From Octopus vulgaris (lineage: Eukaryota): a stretch of DNA of 64,000 bases. Under the pieces are notes generated by a model. The model saw nothing but the letters and a program-made list of their open reading frames with translations, had not been told where the DNA came from and searched no databases. This document shows, piece after piece, positions 15,300 to 36,624 of this stretch; position 1 is the stretch's first letter, and every line of letters starts with the position of its first letter. The translations under genes were made by a program, and so were the position numbers. The stretch lies in assembly GCA_951406725.2 (NCBI GenBank), contig OX597825.1:40424001-40488000 (forward strand), read 5' to 3'.

Positions 15300-15780
15300 T
15301 TTATCTCCATAGTATTCCAAACGTAGATGTAACTTCCGCCATACGATTGTAGAACATATTGTCTACTATATTATCACTTGACACTATACTACCTTGATAA
15401 ATAAAACGTGTGATGCCATTTATTATGTATCCACTTATCGTTGGCCTCCACAAAATGTTATGGTAATGGGTGAGAAAATAGGTTAATCTATTTGAAACTG
15501 AATTGGTTCTCTCAGGCTTAGCAATTACGCTAGTAAATATTGCATGTCTGAATGTAATTGTGCTACGAGTATAATCCGCTAAGATTAATTCACGGGTGAT
15601 ACGATATTTTTGCTTCGAATTCGATTTCATTTTGGGACAGCTTAGTATTACCTTTTCGTCTGTATTATTAAATGCATCCTCTATAACTGAAAAGGGATAT
15701 ATATATTGAGGGTTGGGGGCAGGAATCAAGGCACAACCTTACTTAACACCGTTACAAACTTCGAATGCGTATACATGTAT
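15300..15780 (-). pseudogene. Degraded RTE-clade LINE reverse transcriptase fragment
   Basis: FEVCNGVK*GCALIP (consensus GVKQGCxLAP), RELILADY (ELLFADD), FIYQGSIVSSD..RMAEVTSTFG (FxYLGSxIS..RIxKAxxxFG). Confidence 0.7.
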
Positions 15781-18169
15781 GTTTTTATGAGTGTGAAGAA
15801 AACAATTTACTAAAAGTCTAGCATCATGCTATTTCACACGAAATAATATTCAAGGCAATTATTAGTAATTAACTCGTTATTTAATGAAATTTGTATAAGA
15901 AAAAACATTTCAGAATTATAAATTAATATCATGACATTAACTGATGTTCCGCCAAATAACATCATACTTTTTCTCAAAAAGAAATCTCAAAGAAACAGAT
16001 ACCTAAGTAATCAAAAGACTCAGTATTTTAGGAAATGAAATTATGCTTATCATTTGCATTATTGTTCACATAGCGTTATTTCATAAATGAACAAAATCGG
16101 GTTATCTACCATAATTTGTTAGTACATAGGGCAAAATACTTAGAGACATTTCTTCCGGAGTTTTATGTTCCGAATTCCAATGCAACCAACTTCATTCTTC
16201 GTCCTTTCGGCATCGGTAAAATAAATTACCAGTACAGTACTGGACTCTATGTAATCAATACCCCCACCCACTCAGTCACTTCATATAATGTGTTGTGCCA
16301 AAATTTATTATATTATCAGATAGGTAATTAATCTGAATCATCTACGAGTTAATTTATCTATATCACGAATTTTGACGGCTACATACATGCGAGATAATGC
16401 TATAATATCAAAATGTTATTTCCTGAAATATATTTTATTGAATCCAAGACATCATTAAATTTGCAACCACTTCAAAGATTTTGCGACAGTACGTCATTAA
16501 CGAGAACTTGAACGTAGTTTTGCAGACGTCAGTTTGTTCAGACATTTAGATACTACCATTTACGAAACACACTTGTTAACTTAAACTGATGCTGCACGAT
16601 GCTGAAACAGAAAAGAAAGAAATACAATATATGAAGCTTTTGGCTAAATTTCATGTGGTTTTCTCGACTTTTATGCATTGCACTTCTGTAATAGATACTT
16701 ATCCACTTTGCAGCTTGTACTTACACCCCTAGAGGTTGCTAAACTCATGCACTGGATATAAATTTTAAAAAACCGATACAAATTTTATTAATTTCTGTTA
16801 GGAATTTATAGCGAAAGAATGCGAACTACGTTTACAGACATATGAACTGTTTTTGTTTTCTTTTTTGTCTATATGAAATAAGGAACAATAGAAAAAAACA
16901 AACACTGAAAAAAACACACAGAAATTAAAACTGTACTATTAATAAATTGCAAAGAAAAATTCAGCACAACTTTGCAGGTGGAATAAGGTGAGAATTTTAA
17001 TTAGGTTAGGGCTAATTACTGAACATTCTTACAATGACTTTAAAAAATAAGCACTCGTCGAAATTGTTAAATTCATTGTAAACTTCAACAAAAATAGACA
17101 AAAACGAGGTAATAACTGAATAATGTAATTAGAGTTTGCAGGTGTGTTTATCATTATCATTGGCAAGGTTTTGATAATTGAAATTTTACAACCGACGCAT
17201 ATTTTTAATCTTAGGTTCATTATTGTTTTAAAACATCTTTCTTATAAGTAGTTGCTAAATGATTTCTATATATTTTACTTGATTAATACATACAAACAAA
17301 ATTTATTGGAGAAAATAAAATTACTGAAAATCAGCATGTTTATTTTACGATAGCACGCTCAAGTCTTCTTTATCACTTCTTTTCTTCTCACTTCTACGCT
17401 ATAATTTCTTATCCAATCTCACAAAATGAGTGCAATGAAATACGTATCGTAGTGTCCACTTTATATGTATCTAGACACAGATGCACACACATATACACAC
17501 ACACGTATACACACACATACACACACACATACACACACACCTGTACGCGCATATACACATATATATTTAGGGAACACATATTTTATTAAATATATCTCAA
17601 ATATGAAAAATTAGTATATTGTATTAAGCATTTTAGCAAAGCTTATATAACCAGAACATGAATCTGTGATGATGAAAATCTAAACAGGAACTTGCCATAT
17701 ATTATATAGTAAATATATTCACATAAGTAGGTGCACTGTCACCCGCTGACAAACGCATAGAAATGTTTCCATATTCTTATATATGTATATGTAATATTTT
17801 CTTTACAATAAAGCCAGTTCGTTTTCACGAAAATTGTACCTGATATTTGCACATTATATTACGTTGGTTTCTATAACATCAATACTAAACGGAAATTGTT
17901 CTTGGTTAGATTGCACTGCTTGGTGTTTTAGACAAATGTTATTGAACATTTCCTCAATTAAACAAATACCAAGTAAATGAAATTGTATTTTGAGAAATTG
18001 TTCGAAACAAGAAATATCTGAATTTATTGCAACAGCAATTGAGTAGCCTAAGTTTTCCACACTGTGTCACTCTGATTGTCACTGGTAAAGGCCTCATACT
18101 TAGACTTATAAGATGATGAATCTTCATTCACTTCACACGTTAGCTAAATTTCAGAATGCATACTCTTCT

Positions 18170-19160
18170 ACCTGCGGAGGCTACAGGCCATACTAAGTAG
18201 GACGAAGACGCAGTGCTCGACTTCCAACGCTGCCACAAAGGCCCACATACAACAGAACAAGAAATGACTTTCCACTGCCAGCAACAACTTTGGCTTCACA
18301 ATTAGTGTTCAGAAGACAGGCCATAGACCAAATTGCTCCACAATAGCTGTATGAGGAACCAACTATCACTGTCCAAGGGGAAACCCACATTCTCCAGATC
18401 CATGAACATTGACAAAGAAGTCGGCAAACGCATCGCAAAGGGAAGCTCAGCATTCGGGCCACTACGGGAATTCGTGTGGGAAAGTAGAGGCTTTAGGCTG
18501 TTCATCAAGTTGAAAATGTACCAGGCAGTTGTACTACCCACGCTACTGTACTCCTGCAAGACTTGAACGGTTTAAGAATGCCACACCAAGAAGCTAAACC
18601 ACTTCAACGGGAACTGTCTGAGAAAGCTATTGAAATTCACCAGGCAAGACAAGATCCAAGACACAGAGTTCCTCTCTCGAACTGATCTCTCAAGCATTTA
18701 CAAATTGCTGAGGAGAGCGCCTTTCAGGATGGCAGGCCACCTAGTTTGAGTGCCGAACACGAGAATCCCCAAGAAACTGTTTTACAGTGAACTAATGGAA
18801 GACAATTGGATACTAAGGGGACAGAAACAGCGCATCGAATACTTACTCAAAACCTCACTGAAGAGCTTTGAGATCAACCGCAACACTTGTAAAACAGAAG
18901 CACAAGACCGCTCTGCTTCGCGAAGATGTACAACAGAGGTGCCTCCTCCTACAAAAATAACAGGATTGTAGGGGCAATCGCAAAGTATGCGAGACCAGAG
19001 CCAACTATTTGCTATTGGTCCCAGCAGAATACCAGTGCCCGATCTGCGACAGAGCCTTCCACCCACTCATTGAACTAATTAGCCACAGCCAGACACATCA
19101 TGCCCTATATTATCCCATGTGAAATACTTGGTCATCGTCAACGACTTACGAACTAAAAAT
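18170..19160 (+). mobile_element. RTE (BovB-like) LINE 3' fragment, decayed
   Basis: IDKEVGKRIAKGSSAFG, KLKMYQAVVLPTLLYSCKT, RMAGHL, RIPKKLFYSEL, AQDRSA across stops and frameshifts. Confidence 0.88.
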
Positions 19161-20482
19161 ACAATCATACGTTCATTAAGTGGTTAATTAATGAAATATT
19201 TTGTCTTCAACAATTCTCATCGGACCCCAGTTTCCTCAAGGTAGATGTTTTGAGTTTCCAACAAACATATTTTGTAGTGAAATCGTATGGTATCAGATTA
19301 ATAAACATCTATTATTTGCCTATGAAGATAATTCACTTGATAAAGATAGTAGATGAGAGACATCAAATTACCTTCCTTGGTTTACTATAATCTTGCTAAT
19401 GTCCCACTCTAAGTAGTTCAAGTAGTAATCAAGTTTAAATGCAAGCTTGTACGGTGAATAGAAAGAAAGGGAATTCATTACTATATATTCACAAAGCAAC
19501 AGAAATGAAACGGCAATATAAAGTAAGTTGAGACAGAACAGAAATTCCAAAGTAACGACATGCAGAAAGAAAGGGTGTGGCTTTCATTCCCATAGATGTT
19601 ATGAAAATTAATGCCCACCTCTACAGTCAATTCTAGGTATTACGTTCATTACAGTTAAACTGAATTAGGTGCAAATGTTAAGGAACAGATTAAATCTTTC
19701 TTCAGAAATAAGTACATAATAATTTACATGCGAAATAATACATGTGAGAAGTGAATTATCCCATAAAAGAAGAACAACTAGTGCTGGACAATTACTTATT
19801 ATAGACCTCTATTTGAATAAAGCAACCCTAGTTCTTTCTACAATTAGTGACTATCAAATATCTTATTAACTTATCGGTATAGTACCTTTCCTTTACTGCT
19901 GTATGATGATTATATTAATGAATATATAGTAGTAAATTTCAGTTCTCTCTTTTCACTGTACACCTATACATTTAAATTTCATGACTACTTGATTTGTCAA
20001 GAGCTATGGTGGTGGTGGTTTGATAGTAAATAAAAGAAGGCAATTGAATATGTCAGTAACCTGCAATATCCATGCTCGGAATTGTCTTCATAGGGGATTA
20101 TTTAATGTTTATAGTTCTAGTCAACTCCACTTCAAGCAGAGCATGGTTTTTAGAATGTATGAAAATCCACCATAGTAACATAAATGATTGATGAGAATAA
20201 TGGAGAGCAAGTATCTAATTAATTGATTGACTAATTGACTGATTAAACTCTTTATTAATTAATGTTATATATATATAAACATTATATGCATAAACTAATG
20301 TTTATACAGTGATGAAATAATAATCGTAGTAATACTAAAGGAGCGTAAACTTAAAAATACTTATCTAAGAACTTTCGTTTTCTGTTTCCATTTTATTGAC
20401 TATCTATATATATCTACGCCAGCGTATGTGTGTGTGTGCTCATGCGTTGGTGTATATATATATATATATATATATATGTATG

Positions 20483-20524
<42 letters not shown>

Positions 20525-21554
20525 ACGAATAAACTATCATGCTACGGGGACACCTTTCTTGTGTTCATCTACCATACTGGTGTGAATTCTCATTTCAATT
20601 TAATTCTTATTCTATCGAATTACATAAAGAATACGTAACCTACACTTCTTAACCCAGTATAGATGATGCTGCTTCAAAAGTTACAGTTGCTTCCATTAAC
20701 ATAGACGGGCACTTCTGTTTGTAAAATTCCTTGGACAACAAATTGCTGAATCCAGTCCTTAAGTAGAATATATTTGTCCAATGTTACGTGCAGTGAAATT
20801 AGATCCTGAACAACCTATGCGCCTTTTATACATAGTGCGACACAACATTTCTATGAATTCTACACCATATAGACGAAATGTGTTATTATATTCGAGTTTG
20901 TAAGAGCATCCTTCCTCAGCCATCAGTTAAGAAGTATTTTGTTTTAGATTTGTTTTAGCATGTATGAAGATAAGAAAATTTTGATATGTATGTATGCATA
21001 CATAGTTGCATAAATGTATATACATATACACTCTCATATTTTTACACGAACACATGCGTATTTTGGCCTTAACTGTTATCATTCGTAGAGAGCACAGTAA
21101 GCGTATGATAAATTTAGGAATTTAAATAGTTGCTTTCATATCTCTGGTATTTTCTGGCACATTACTACATCATTTGATTTCCAAATGTCTGGTCCGTCCT
21201 ATAATCAATAAAGTAAATCTGTCTTCTTTCGTTATTACACAAAATTTAAGAATCAATGTTCAACTAATATCTAGAGATCTGTAGTATTAGTTTCTTGTCG
21301 AGCTGAAATTTGGTAAATATCTCAACATGAGAAGGGAACATATATAGCTTGTCATATCTCATAGGTATTTTAAACCTTATCTAACGGCACAGTTGAAAAT
21401 AAAAGTTATTTCAGCCGAAGTTCAATTAAGAATGCCATTAATTTCATTTCATATTTTTTAGTTTCCACTTTGGAAACTATCCAAGTCTTTCTATATTTAA
21501 AATGGCTAAAGAATGAAACACTATATTCCTTTCTCATATTATATTCCTATAATC

Positions 21555-21745
<191 letters not shown>

Positions 21746-22616
21746 CGTTTGTGAGAGATTTGATGTTCCAGTACAGTATCTAGAATTTATTTTCATATTA
21801 AATTGTTTATCTATGCCATGTTTTCCTCCATAAATAAATTATTATTAAGGTAACAATTTCGCATATAATAATTATGAGTTACGTATGTCACTGAAAATAG
21901 ATAACTTCATGAACGAACTAAATAATATTCCTAAACTGCCCCATGCGTAACTATACCTATATAGAAATAAACGATAGTGGTAATACTTTACTAATGAACT
22001 TGGCAAAATTATATACCGTTATGTTCTTCTTCACTCATCATATTTGAGAAATTATATCTGTTATTATCACGTTTGAATAACGACATCTAGTTGCACTTTC
22101 CATCGTGAAAAAAAATCACGTATGTGTCGATGCATGACAACAAAAGTGTAACACTCATTAAACTACTGATCAAATGACAAAGCTATAGGTAACATATATG
22201 TTGCGGACAAGGTTGCTTAAATAGATTGAAATGCTACATTCACCAACGAAATATGTTCAGCATCATAATAAATACTAAATCGGTTTTATATCACCGTCAT
22301 TTATATATCACTAGATCATCTATATAGTATCTCTCTGTAACAAGGTCATGCACAAATATTTCAACCAGCCTTAAAATATGATACCGGAAAATTCCAGAGA
22401 TGCAGAAATTCGTGAAATATGCTTCATTTGTATCGAAACACATATACAGTTGGAGAATTAAGCTAGGAACGTGTTTTTTCAATGAGTATAGTTAACGGTG
22501 TATAACCAATAACATGGAAAGGAAAAAATGTAGGCTACTCATTCCAGAGATTAGCTTAATCGTTTTAAGTTTTGTTTTAGTTTCTAGCAGACATAAATTT
22601 GCCTTTCAATATACAG

Positions 22617-23040
22617 AGTCGATATACGTTTCTACTCAAGGTACAAGGCCCGACATTTTGGGAGAAGGGGGCAAGTGGATGAGATCGACTCCACTATACA
22701 ACTGGTACTTAATTTATCGACCCGAAAGGATGAAAGGCAAAGTCGACCTCGGCGGAAGTTGAACTCAGAACGTAAAGACAGACGAAATACCTATTTCTTT
22801 ATTACCCACAAGGGGCTAAACACAGAGGGGACAAAGAAGGACAGACATAGGTATTAAGTCGATTACATCGACCCCAGTGTGTAACTGGTACTTAATTTAT
22901 CGACCCCGAAAGGATGAAAGGCAAAGTCGACCTCGGTGGAATTTGAACTCACAACGTAACGCAGACGAAATACCGCTAAGCATTTCGCCCGGCGTGCTAA
23001 TGTTTCTGCCAGCTCGCCGCTAAGCTTTTTGGCTTGTGTG
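22617..23040 (-). mobile_element. tRNA-derived SINE with a duplicated core
   Basis: Minus-strand head ggcggcgagctggcagaaac..gagttcaaattcc (A/B-box-like); core aactggtacttaatttatcgaccc..gaaaggatgaaaggcaaagtcgacctcgg present twice; further copies at 3667, 57146, 57491. Confidence 0.8.
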
Positions 23041-24828
23041 CTAACGCTTCTGCTAACATGTCGCCTTATACAAAGTCAATATAGGATGCTACAAAGATAA
23101 ACTGGCGTTTATCAACTAACTTAAATCCCTCTCTAACAGACAGAATAGTAAAAACCTATTTGGTTTTTCTCATTTTAGTGGTAAAATTTAAAATCTAGTT
23201 ACACATTTTTAACAATTTTCTCTTTGATAGTTTTGACCATGAACAAATATGCATCACCTTTCCACTTTTTGAATTACGTGAGGTTAATCTTATTCCTATG
23301 AAGACCACTGTTAAGTTATTTCATCAATATATGTTTTAAGCAACATTATACAAACAGTTTGCTTTCCTGGAGGAATGGTTCTTTTATCTCAAAGAAAACC
23401 TGATAATCGATTTTTTTTTATTTATTCTATTCTCTAGATATCTAACAGGAAAATGACTCCACTTTGATTTTCAAATAAATCATATATTTTAAATGCTGTT
23501 ACAAACAACACATCTTACAAACGTTCTTGAAAGAATTTTAGTAAACTTTATATTGATAATCTACATTTGATTTTGAGCTTAAAGAAATGAATAGAATAGT
23601 TTTATCTTTGCAATTCAAGGAAGTAATGTCTTTTATTTCATGTGCACTTTAACTGAAACTTAACTAAATAGACGTATTTACAGAACTTGCAGGAATGGAA
23701 GTATAATTTCTTTCTGCTGTTTTGTTTGAATCAACCTTAATATCTATTTTTAATAACTTTCTCAAGAGGGAAAAATATCTCAATACATGTCTTCTATGAT
23801 ATAAAAAGTACTATTTAAATCATCTCCATTTACTTGAAATATGAAAATTATAATAGATTTCAACGCTTTACAAATTTTGATGTTGCTGTTTCAATCCCTT
23901 ACATCTTGCAAGTATATTTCCCTTATGTGCGAAAAATGTCCATCTCTTTATTTTCAAAACCTTCAAGATATCCAGAGAGGAAGTGAATACAATGATAAAT
24001 TCATCCCCATGTGATTCAAGGGAGCATGTGACATATCTTTTCATTTTACATCAGTAACTATATCTTTGCGTATGATGTAAATATTTGGGTTAATACGTTT
24101 GAGTCAATATAAATCCTTATTGTAATAGCATATGCACATGTCTCTAAGTCTATGCAATTATATCGCTGAAATGCGGAAAAATCGAGTTTATACGAGCAGA
24201 GATTTGCAGTAATTTAGTATATCTCAACGAATCCGAAGTTATAGATGCTAAAACAGAAGTTTATTTTTCCCAAAATAGTAAGGCAGCATCTGTTAAATAT
24301 ATTCTGAGTCCCATGTATGTTTCCAATATGTGCGAAATATATATGCACATACATGCACACGCAAAGACACACAGACACACAGAGGCGTGTGCACACAGTC
24401 ACAGACACACACATACACACACACATATATATATACATATAAATATATATGCATGTATATATATTATGTATTTGTTCTTGCGTGCATGTGTGTGCGTTTA
24501 TGCGCGTCTGTCTGTATGTCCCTTCCCCACCCACCCCACTCTCTCTCTCTCTCTCGATCTATATATATTACGATGGTCAGCTGCAATTTCATAAGTTGAG
24601 AAAGATGCTCTCACGAAATTCACCAACTCAGGATTTTTTTTTCTTTCTTGCGGTCTACACACAACTTCCATAGGCATTGCGCTCCGAGAGCGCAAGAGAG
24701 AAAAAATTTAACCTGAATTGGTGAAGAAAGGTCCATTGCTGGCAAAACGTCCGTCCTGTCCAGCAAAAAGTCATCAACAGAAATTGGTCATATTTACGTA
24801 AACCTTTTTCAATTAATGATTATTAAAC

Positions 24829-32020
<7,192 letters not shown>

Positions 32021-32122
32021 ATATATATATATATATATACATTTATATATATATATATATACATATATATGGTTCTCCAGCATGACTACAGCCACTAGAC
32101 TGAAACGCGTAAAAGAATAAAA

Positions 32123-32153
<31 letters not shown>

Positions 32154-32202
32154 ACAAAAAAATAAAACATATGCATATAAACATATATGTAATACCTACA
32201 TC

Positions 32203-32289
<87 letters not shown>

Positions 32290-32290
<1 letters not shown>

Positions 32291-33000
32291 TACAGGACAC
32301 CACAAATAAACGTAGAACACAACGAGAAACGCAAATATAAAAACAAGAAAACGGCCTTTTTTTAACAACGAAAAACAGAGTACAAGACAAACGGTACAAG
32401 GAATATTCCCCTTCATCAGCTGCCCCTGGTTCGACTCAATGCGTGTTTCGAAGGTAAGGGCACAACACGATCCGGCCGAAGCAGTCCTTCCTGAAAAATG
32501 AATTAAATAAAATCCTTTGGCAGAGGGGTAAAAAAAGTGACAAGAACAGGACGTAAAAGCAATACAAATAAAAATACAGTACACATAAAGAATAAAAACA
32601 GGACAAGGAAACCAACATGGAGATCTTTTTTAAGCCTAGACGGTGGAAAAATTCGTTGGAGCGCAATTCAGAAAATCGACTTGCTAGAGACAGAAGAAGT
32701 CGATGTTGACTTGTTGAAATCTGCGAGCGAAAGGAAGTTTAGTAGCCCGGTCAGCGGCCAGAGACAGGAGGAGTAAGAGAGAAGAGGAGAAGTGAGAGAG
32801 AGATAGAGAGGAAAAGAAACCAGAAAGGGTGAAAAATAAGAAGGAGAGAGACAGGTAGAGACGAAGACAGACAGACAGGAAGGAAAAATCAAGTAAAGGG
32901 TTAAAGAGTGGGCGTCATAATTATTAATAAAAACTTACTTGGAGGATAAGAAACGACGCGAGGCGGTCAGTCATATAATAACAATTTAACAAATAAAACA
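32290..33000 (-). mobile_element. Probable PLE pseudo-LTR / 3'UTR remnant between (TA)n tracts
   Basis: Pyrimidine-rich minus strand with GAAAC and CTGATGA motifs near 32420-32450; layout resembles the other pLTR-like remnants; no clean fold. Confidence 0.35.
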
Positions 33001-33170
33001 TATGCATATATATATATATATGTATAATGGAGAAATTATACCAAAAATTATATAAGTAGATGATGAGGAAAGCACCGGCAAAGTTTCGATTACTTGTTGT
33101 TATCCGTAGATTTATTGCAGAAACATCGTAGTGGAGGTTGAGGTAACAGTATTAATAAAATAGATAGAAT

Positions 33171-33430
33171 AAAATATTTTATCCAGTACGACACATGTTT
33201 CGAACCGTTCTGGTACTCCTCAGGTACATAAATAAATTTTAATATGAAAAAGTCTCACTAGTGATTTTCTGTTTCGGTTTTACATGATGCTACATGCCCA
33301 TGGACATATAGCGGAACATGAAACCGAATAAGAAAATTGCTAGTGAGACTTTTACTTTTTATTTCTTTCTTTATGTACCTGAAGAGATACAGAACGGGTC
33401 GAAACATGTGTCGTACTAAACAAAATATTT
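33171..33430. mobile_element. ~260-bp diverged palindrome with two outward-facing minimal hammerheads
   Basis: + strand gtac-CTGAAGA-gatacagaacgggtc-GAAA-catgtg-TC-gtac (33375-33416); - strand gtac-CTGAGGA-gtaccagaacggttc-GAAA-catgtg-TC-gtac (33186-33227). Confidence 0.75.
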
Positions 33431-33474
33431 TATTCCATTTCTTTTGTTGATACTATATATCTATATCTATATCT

Positions 33475-33571
<97 letters not shown>

Positions 33572-33581
33572 TATATATTTA

Positions 33582-33619
<38 letters not shown>

Positions 33620-33919
33620 ACATATATATATACATATATATGCTGCTAACGTATATTAATACACACACACACACACACACGCATATATATAGAATATGTG
33701 GGGCTTAGTTCACATATGATGTAAACGAATAGGTAAGCTGAGTAAATGCTATAGTTAGTCATCCGTTATGTTTCAAGTTCGCAGCTGAGTTTGGGTCTAG
33801 GGAAGCGAATTCTGTTTCAGTTATAGCAAGTATATATTATTAGAGGAAAAAGTAAACCAAGGCAGAACAATTATCTCAAGTCATTTAGAATAATTCAATT
33901 AGGGTAGGTGAATTTGAAG

Positions 33920-33994
33920 CTTTTTTGCCGTTTCTGGGATAACTCAAATGGCTGGTGAAAATCTCAACGCACTGGGTATTCCGTCATCAGAGAC
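33920..33994 (-). ncRNA. Decayed hammerhead motif (related to 44293-44344)
   Basis: gtct-CTGATGA-cggaata..tatccca-GAAA-cggc; cleavage site and 3' helix I strand lost. Confidence 0.4.
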
Positions 33995-34332
33995 AAGGTA
34001 TGAGACAGGGAAAATTTACAATGTACAAGGAATAAAATATGTTTACAGGGAATAAGGAATAACAAAGAATAATTAAGGAGTAAATAGAAGAATACAGAGT
34101 AAAGGTACAATACAGGCAGGAGAATAATGTTCACAACCCATCTTTTTTCAGAGGATATGGATGTTGGTCAGCAGTTAAAATCCCAGGTAAACCCAGGCAG
34201 CATTTTAGCAGTATTTTGAATAACGTATTCATATTGAAGAGATAGATAGTGGTGTAAATGGGTATATAAATGGATTTTGTGATTTCAAATATGTGGATCT
34301 GGCTGTGTTGTGTATTTGAAATCGAAAGGCTG

Positions 34333-34401
34333 TCCCACTGATGAAACTGACCTTCAGCAAATATTTTGTTGCTGGAAATATTTAGAAACCATGGTCTGGG
34401 A
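34333..34401 (+). ncRNA. Type I hammerhead ribozyme motif
   Basis: Helix I TCCCA/TGGGA, CTGATGA, hairpin ttcagcaa/ttgctgga in domain II (base of helix II imperfect), GAAA-CCATGG-TC. Confidence 0.7.
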
Positions 34402-34521
34402 AATAATTCAGATGGTAAACGTTTTTAATTTTCATTCCTTTCGACAATTTATCCCTATTTAGTGAATTTGAGTTTTCTACTGCTCTTTCTAGCACAAGGC
34501 TTTCCTATTTGGAAGCCTCTT

Positions 34522-34590
<69 letters not shown>

Positions 34591-34715
34591 TACATTTAAA
34601 CATATAAGAGGAATCCATCATAGGACTCCTTGCACTCTAGAGAGTTAAATTCCAAACCACTATTAGGGATAAAATTTCGAAGGAAATGAAAAATGAAAAC
34701 ATTTATCATCTAACT

Positions 34716-34785
34716 CCTGGACTAATAGTTTCAGACATTTTTTAGCAAATAAAATAATTTGGTAGACGAAGTCGTCTTCAGCACG
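34716..34785 (-). ncRNA. Decayed hammerhead motif related to 34333-34401
   Basis: cgtg-CTGAAGA-..-GAAA-ctattag-TC-cagg; downstream sequence resembles that after the 34333 copy. Confidence 0.5.
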
Positions 34786-34953
34786 TACACTTTAGATTAA
34801 ATATACATACACGAGGCAATCCAGTATATGCCCCGTGCTTATACATTCTAATTTTTTAAAATCTACCGCCCAAGCGCAGCTCCATGTCGGCAGTAAATAA
34901 ATAAGCCGGCTTTTCAATTCGAAAATTATCCAGAAAAATGTTCTTGATAATTT

Positions 34954-35031
<78 letters not shown>

Positions 35032-36524
35032 ATATAGTAATGCTTGTTGCCAATTCAACATATCTGTTCCGTAGGATGGTATGTTGCTAAAATTTCTATT
35101 TACACTTACACATACACAAACTCACGCACACGCACACAAACATACACATATATAAAAGGCTACGCGTATTTGCAAACATTTCGTGATCATTACTCTCAAA
35201 TTATGGGAGTTGTTTCCCTTCATACGATTTACTTCCTAAAGTGTCCGACCGTGAATCTACGTTATCGCTGTAATCGTTCTGTATATTTTTCGTTGTGCTT
35301 ATTTGTGTGTTGTATTTGTCTCATAATATTCAACCTTCTTTTACGTTCATAAATTTTGATAATTGTGCGTGCATCACAACATTTATGGGATTCTTTCTTT
35401 CATTATTAGTGTGACATGGACAGTTCTTTTGAGGTGTAGTGCCCCACAGTACAGACTGATGATACGTATGTTTGATTTCATTTTTCCCTTTCAGACATTA
35501 TGAATCATACACATTTTTTTTTCTTCCCCGCAGGCATTGAAGCACCAGAAGAAAGGTAGGGAAATGCCAGAAGAGAAAGTCCGCAAGGGCAGCCAGACAG
35601 CTTATATGCGTAAATATAGAGCGCGACTGAGTGATAACGGAGCAGCGCAGTGACGAGAATAGCAAGCACTAGTTATTAGACTGCGAGGCTCACAGGAAAG
35701 CTAAGATAAATCTGGAAGAAGAAGGTGACATGAATATACTGATACAGAAGACTGAATAATGCTGCTCAAAGGAACGAGAGAAAATTAGAAGACGCTACGC
35801 AGAGATATTAATGGGATTAGATGTAGAAGGGAAGATGAGAAAGTCTAGAGCAAATCATAGTTCGACATACATCTATGTAACTGAGTGAGGAAGAAAGTGA
35901 AAGAATGCTAACAGAAATACGACATAGAACAGTTTAAAGAATAGTCAATGAAACTGACAAAGAAAAGGGAGGGAGGTTACATGATATAAGCCAGGCAAAT
36001 GAAAGATTGTGCAAAAGATATTCAGAAGGAAGAATGAGAGAATACGCGTGCAAGAACGATTAGAGAATGAAAGTAATGATAGAAACATAAGAAATCAATG
36101 AAAACCAAAAACTATGAATGAACCAGACATGATTATGTGATACAAATGAACAACATATCTTTCTATTAAGAGTAATGTAATCAAACCTGTATATTATTGG
36201 GTAAAAGTAAGATACCTGGTATTTTTTCGCTTCTATTTACACACTCAAAAAAGGAAATACTCATTAGCATCATTCATCATGTATATCTTTCAACAAAACC
36301 TCCAAATTGAAAAAACAAATATTAATAAATACGAGCCAAATTTTGCAATTATCAGAAAGTTTATTGAAACACCTGCTGTCATATCTGACGGCACGAAAAC
36401 TTTCGAAAATATACATGTATATAAAACTGTGTCTCTGTGTGAATATGTGCGTGGGTAACTGTGCACGTGTGTATTCGTTATTAACAATGAAAGCAGTTTT
36501 TGTTCATCACACTGATAAGAGTGG

Positions 36525-36600
36525 ATGCACATGGCCTACTGGTTAGTGCAGCGGACTCGCGGTCAAGAGATCGAAGATTCGAACCGCAGATCGGGCATTA
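36525..36600 (+). mobile_element. tRNA-derived SINE head
   Basis: A-box-like tggcctactggttag and B-box-like gattcgaacc. Confidence 0.45.
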
Positions 36601-36624
36601 TGTGTGTTTATGAGCGAAACATCT

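Noticed and set aside
32415-32500. Permuted (type II) hammerhead on the minus strand: ccttc-GAAAC..GTC..CTGATGA-agg
   Set aside because: No helix I and a weak helix III; kept only as a low-confidence pLTR remnant
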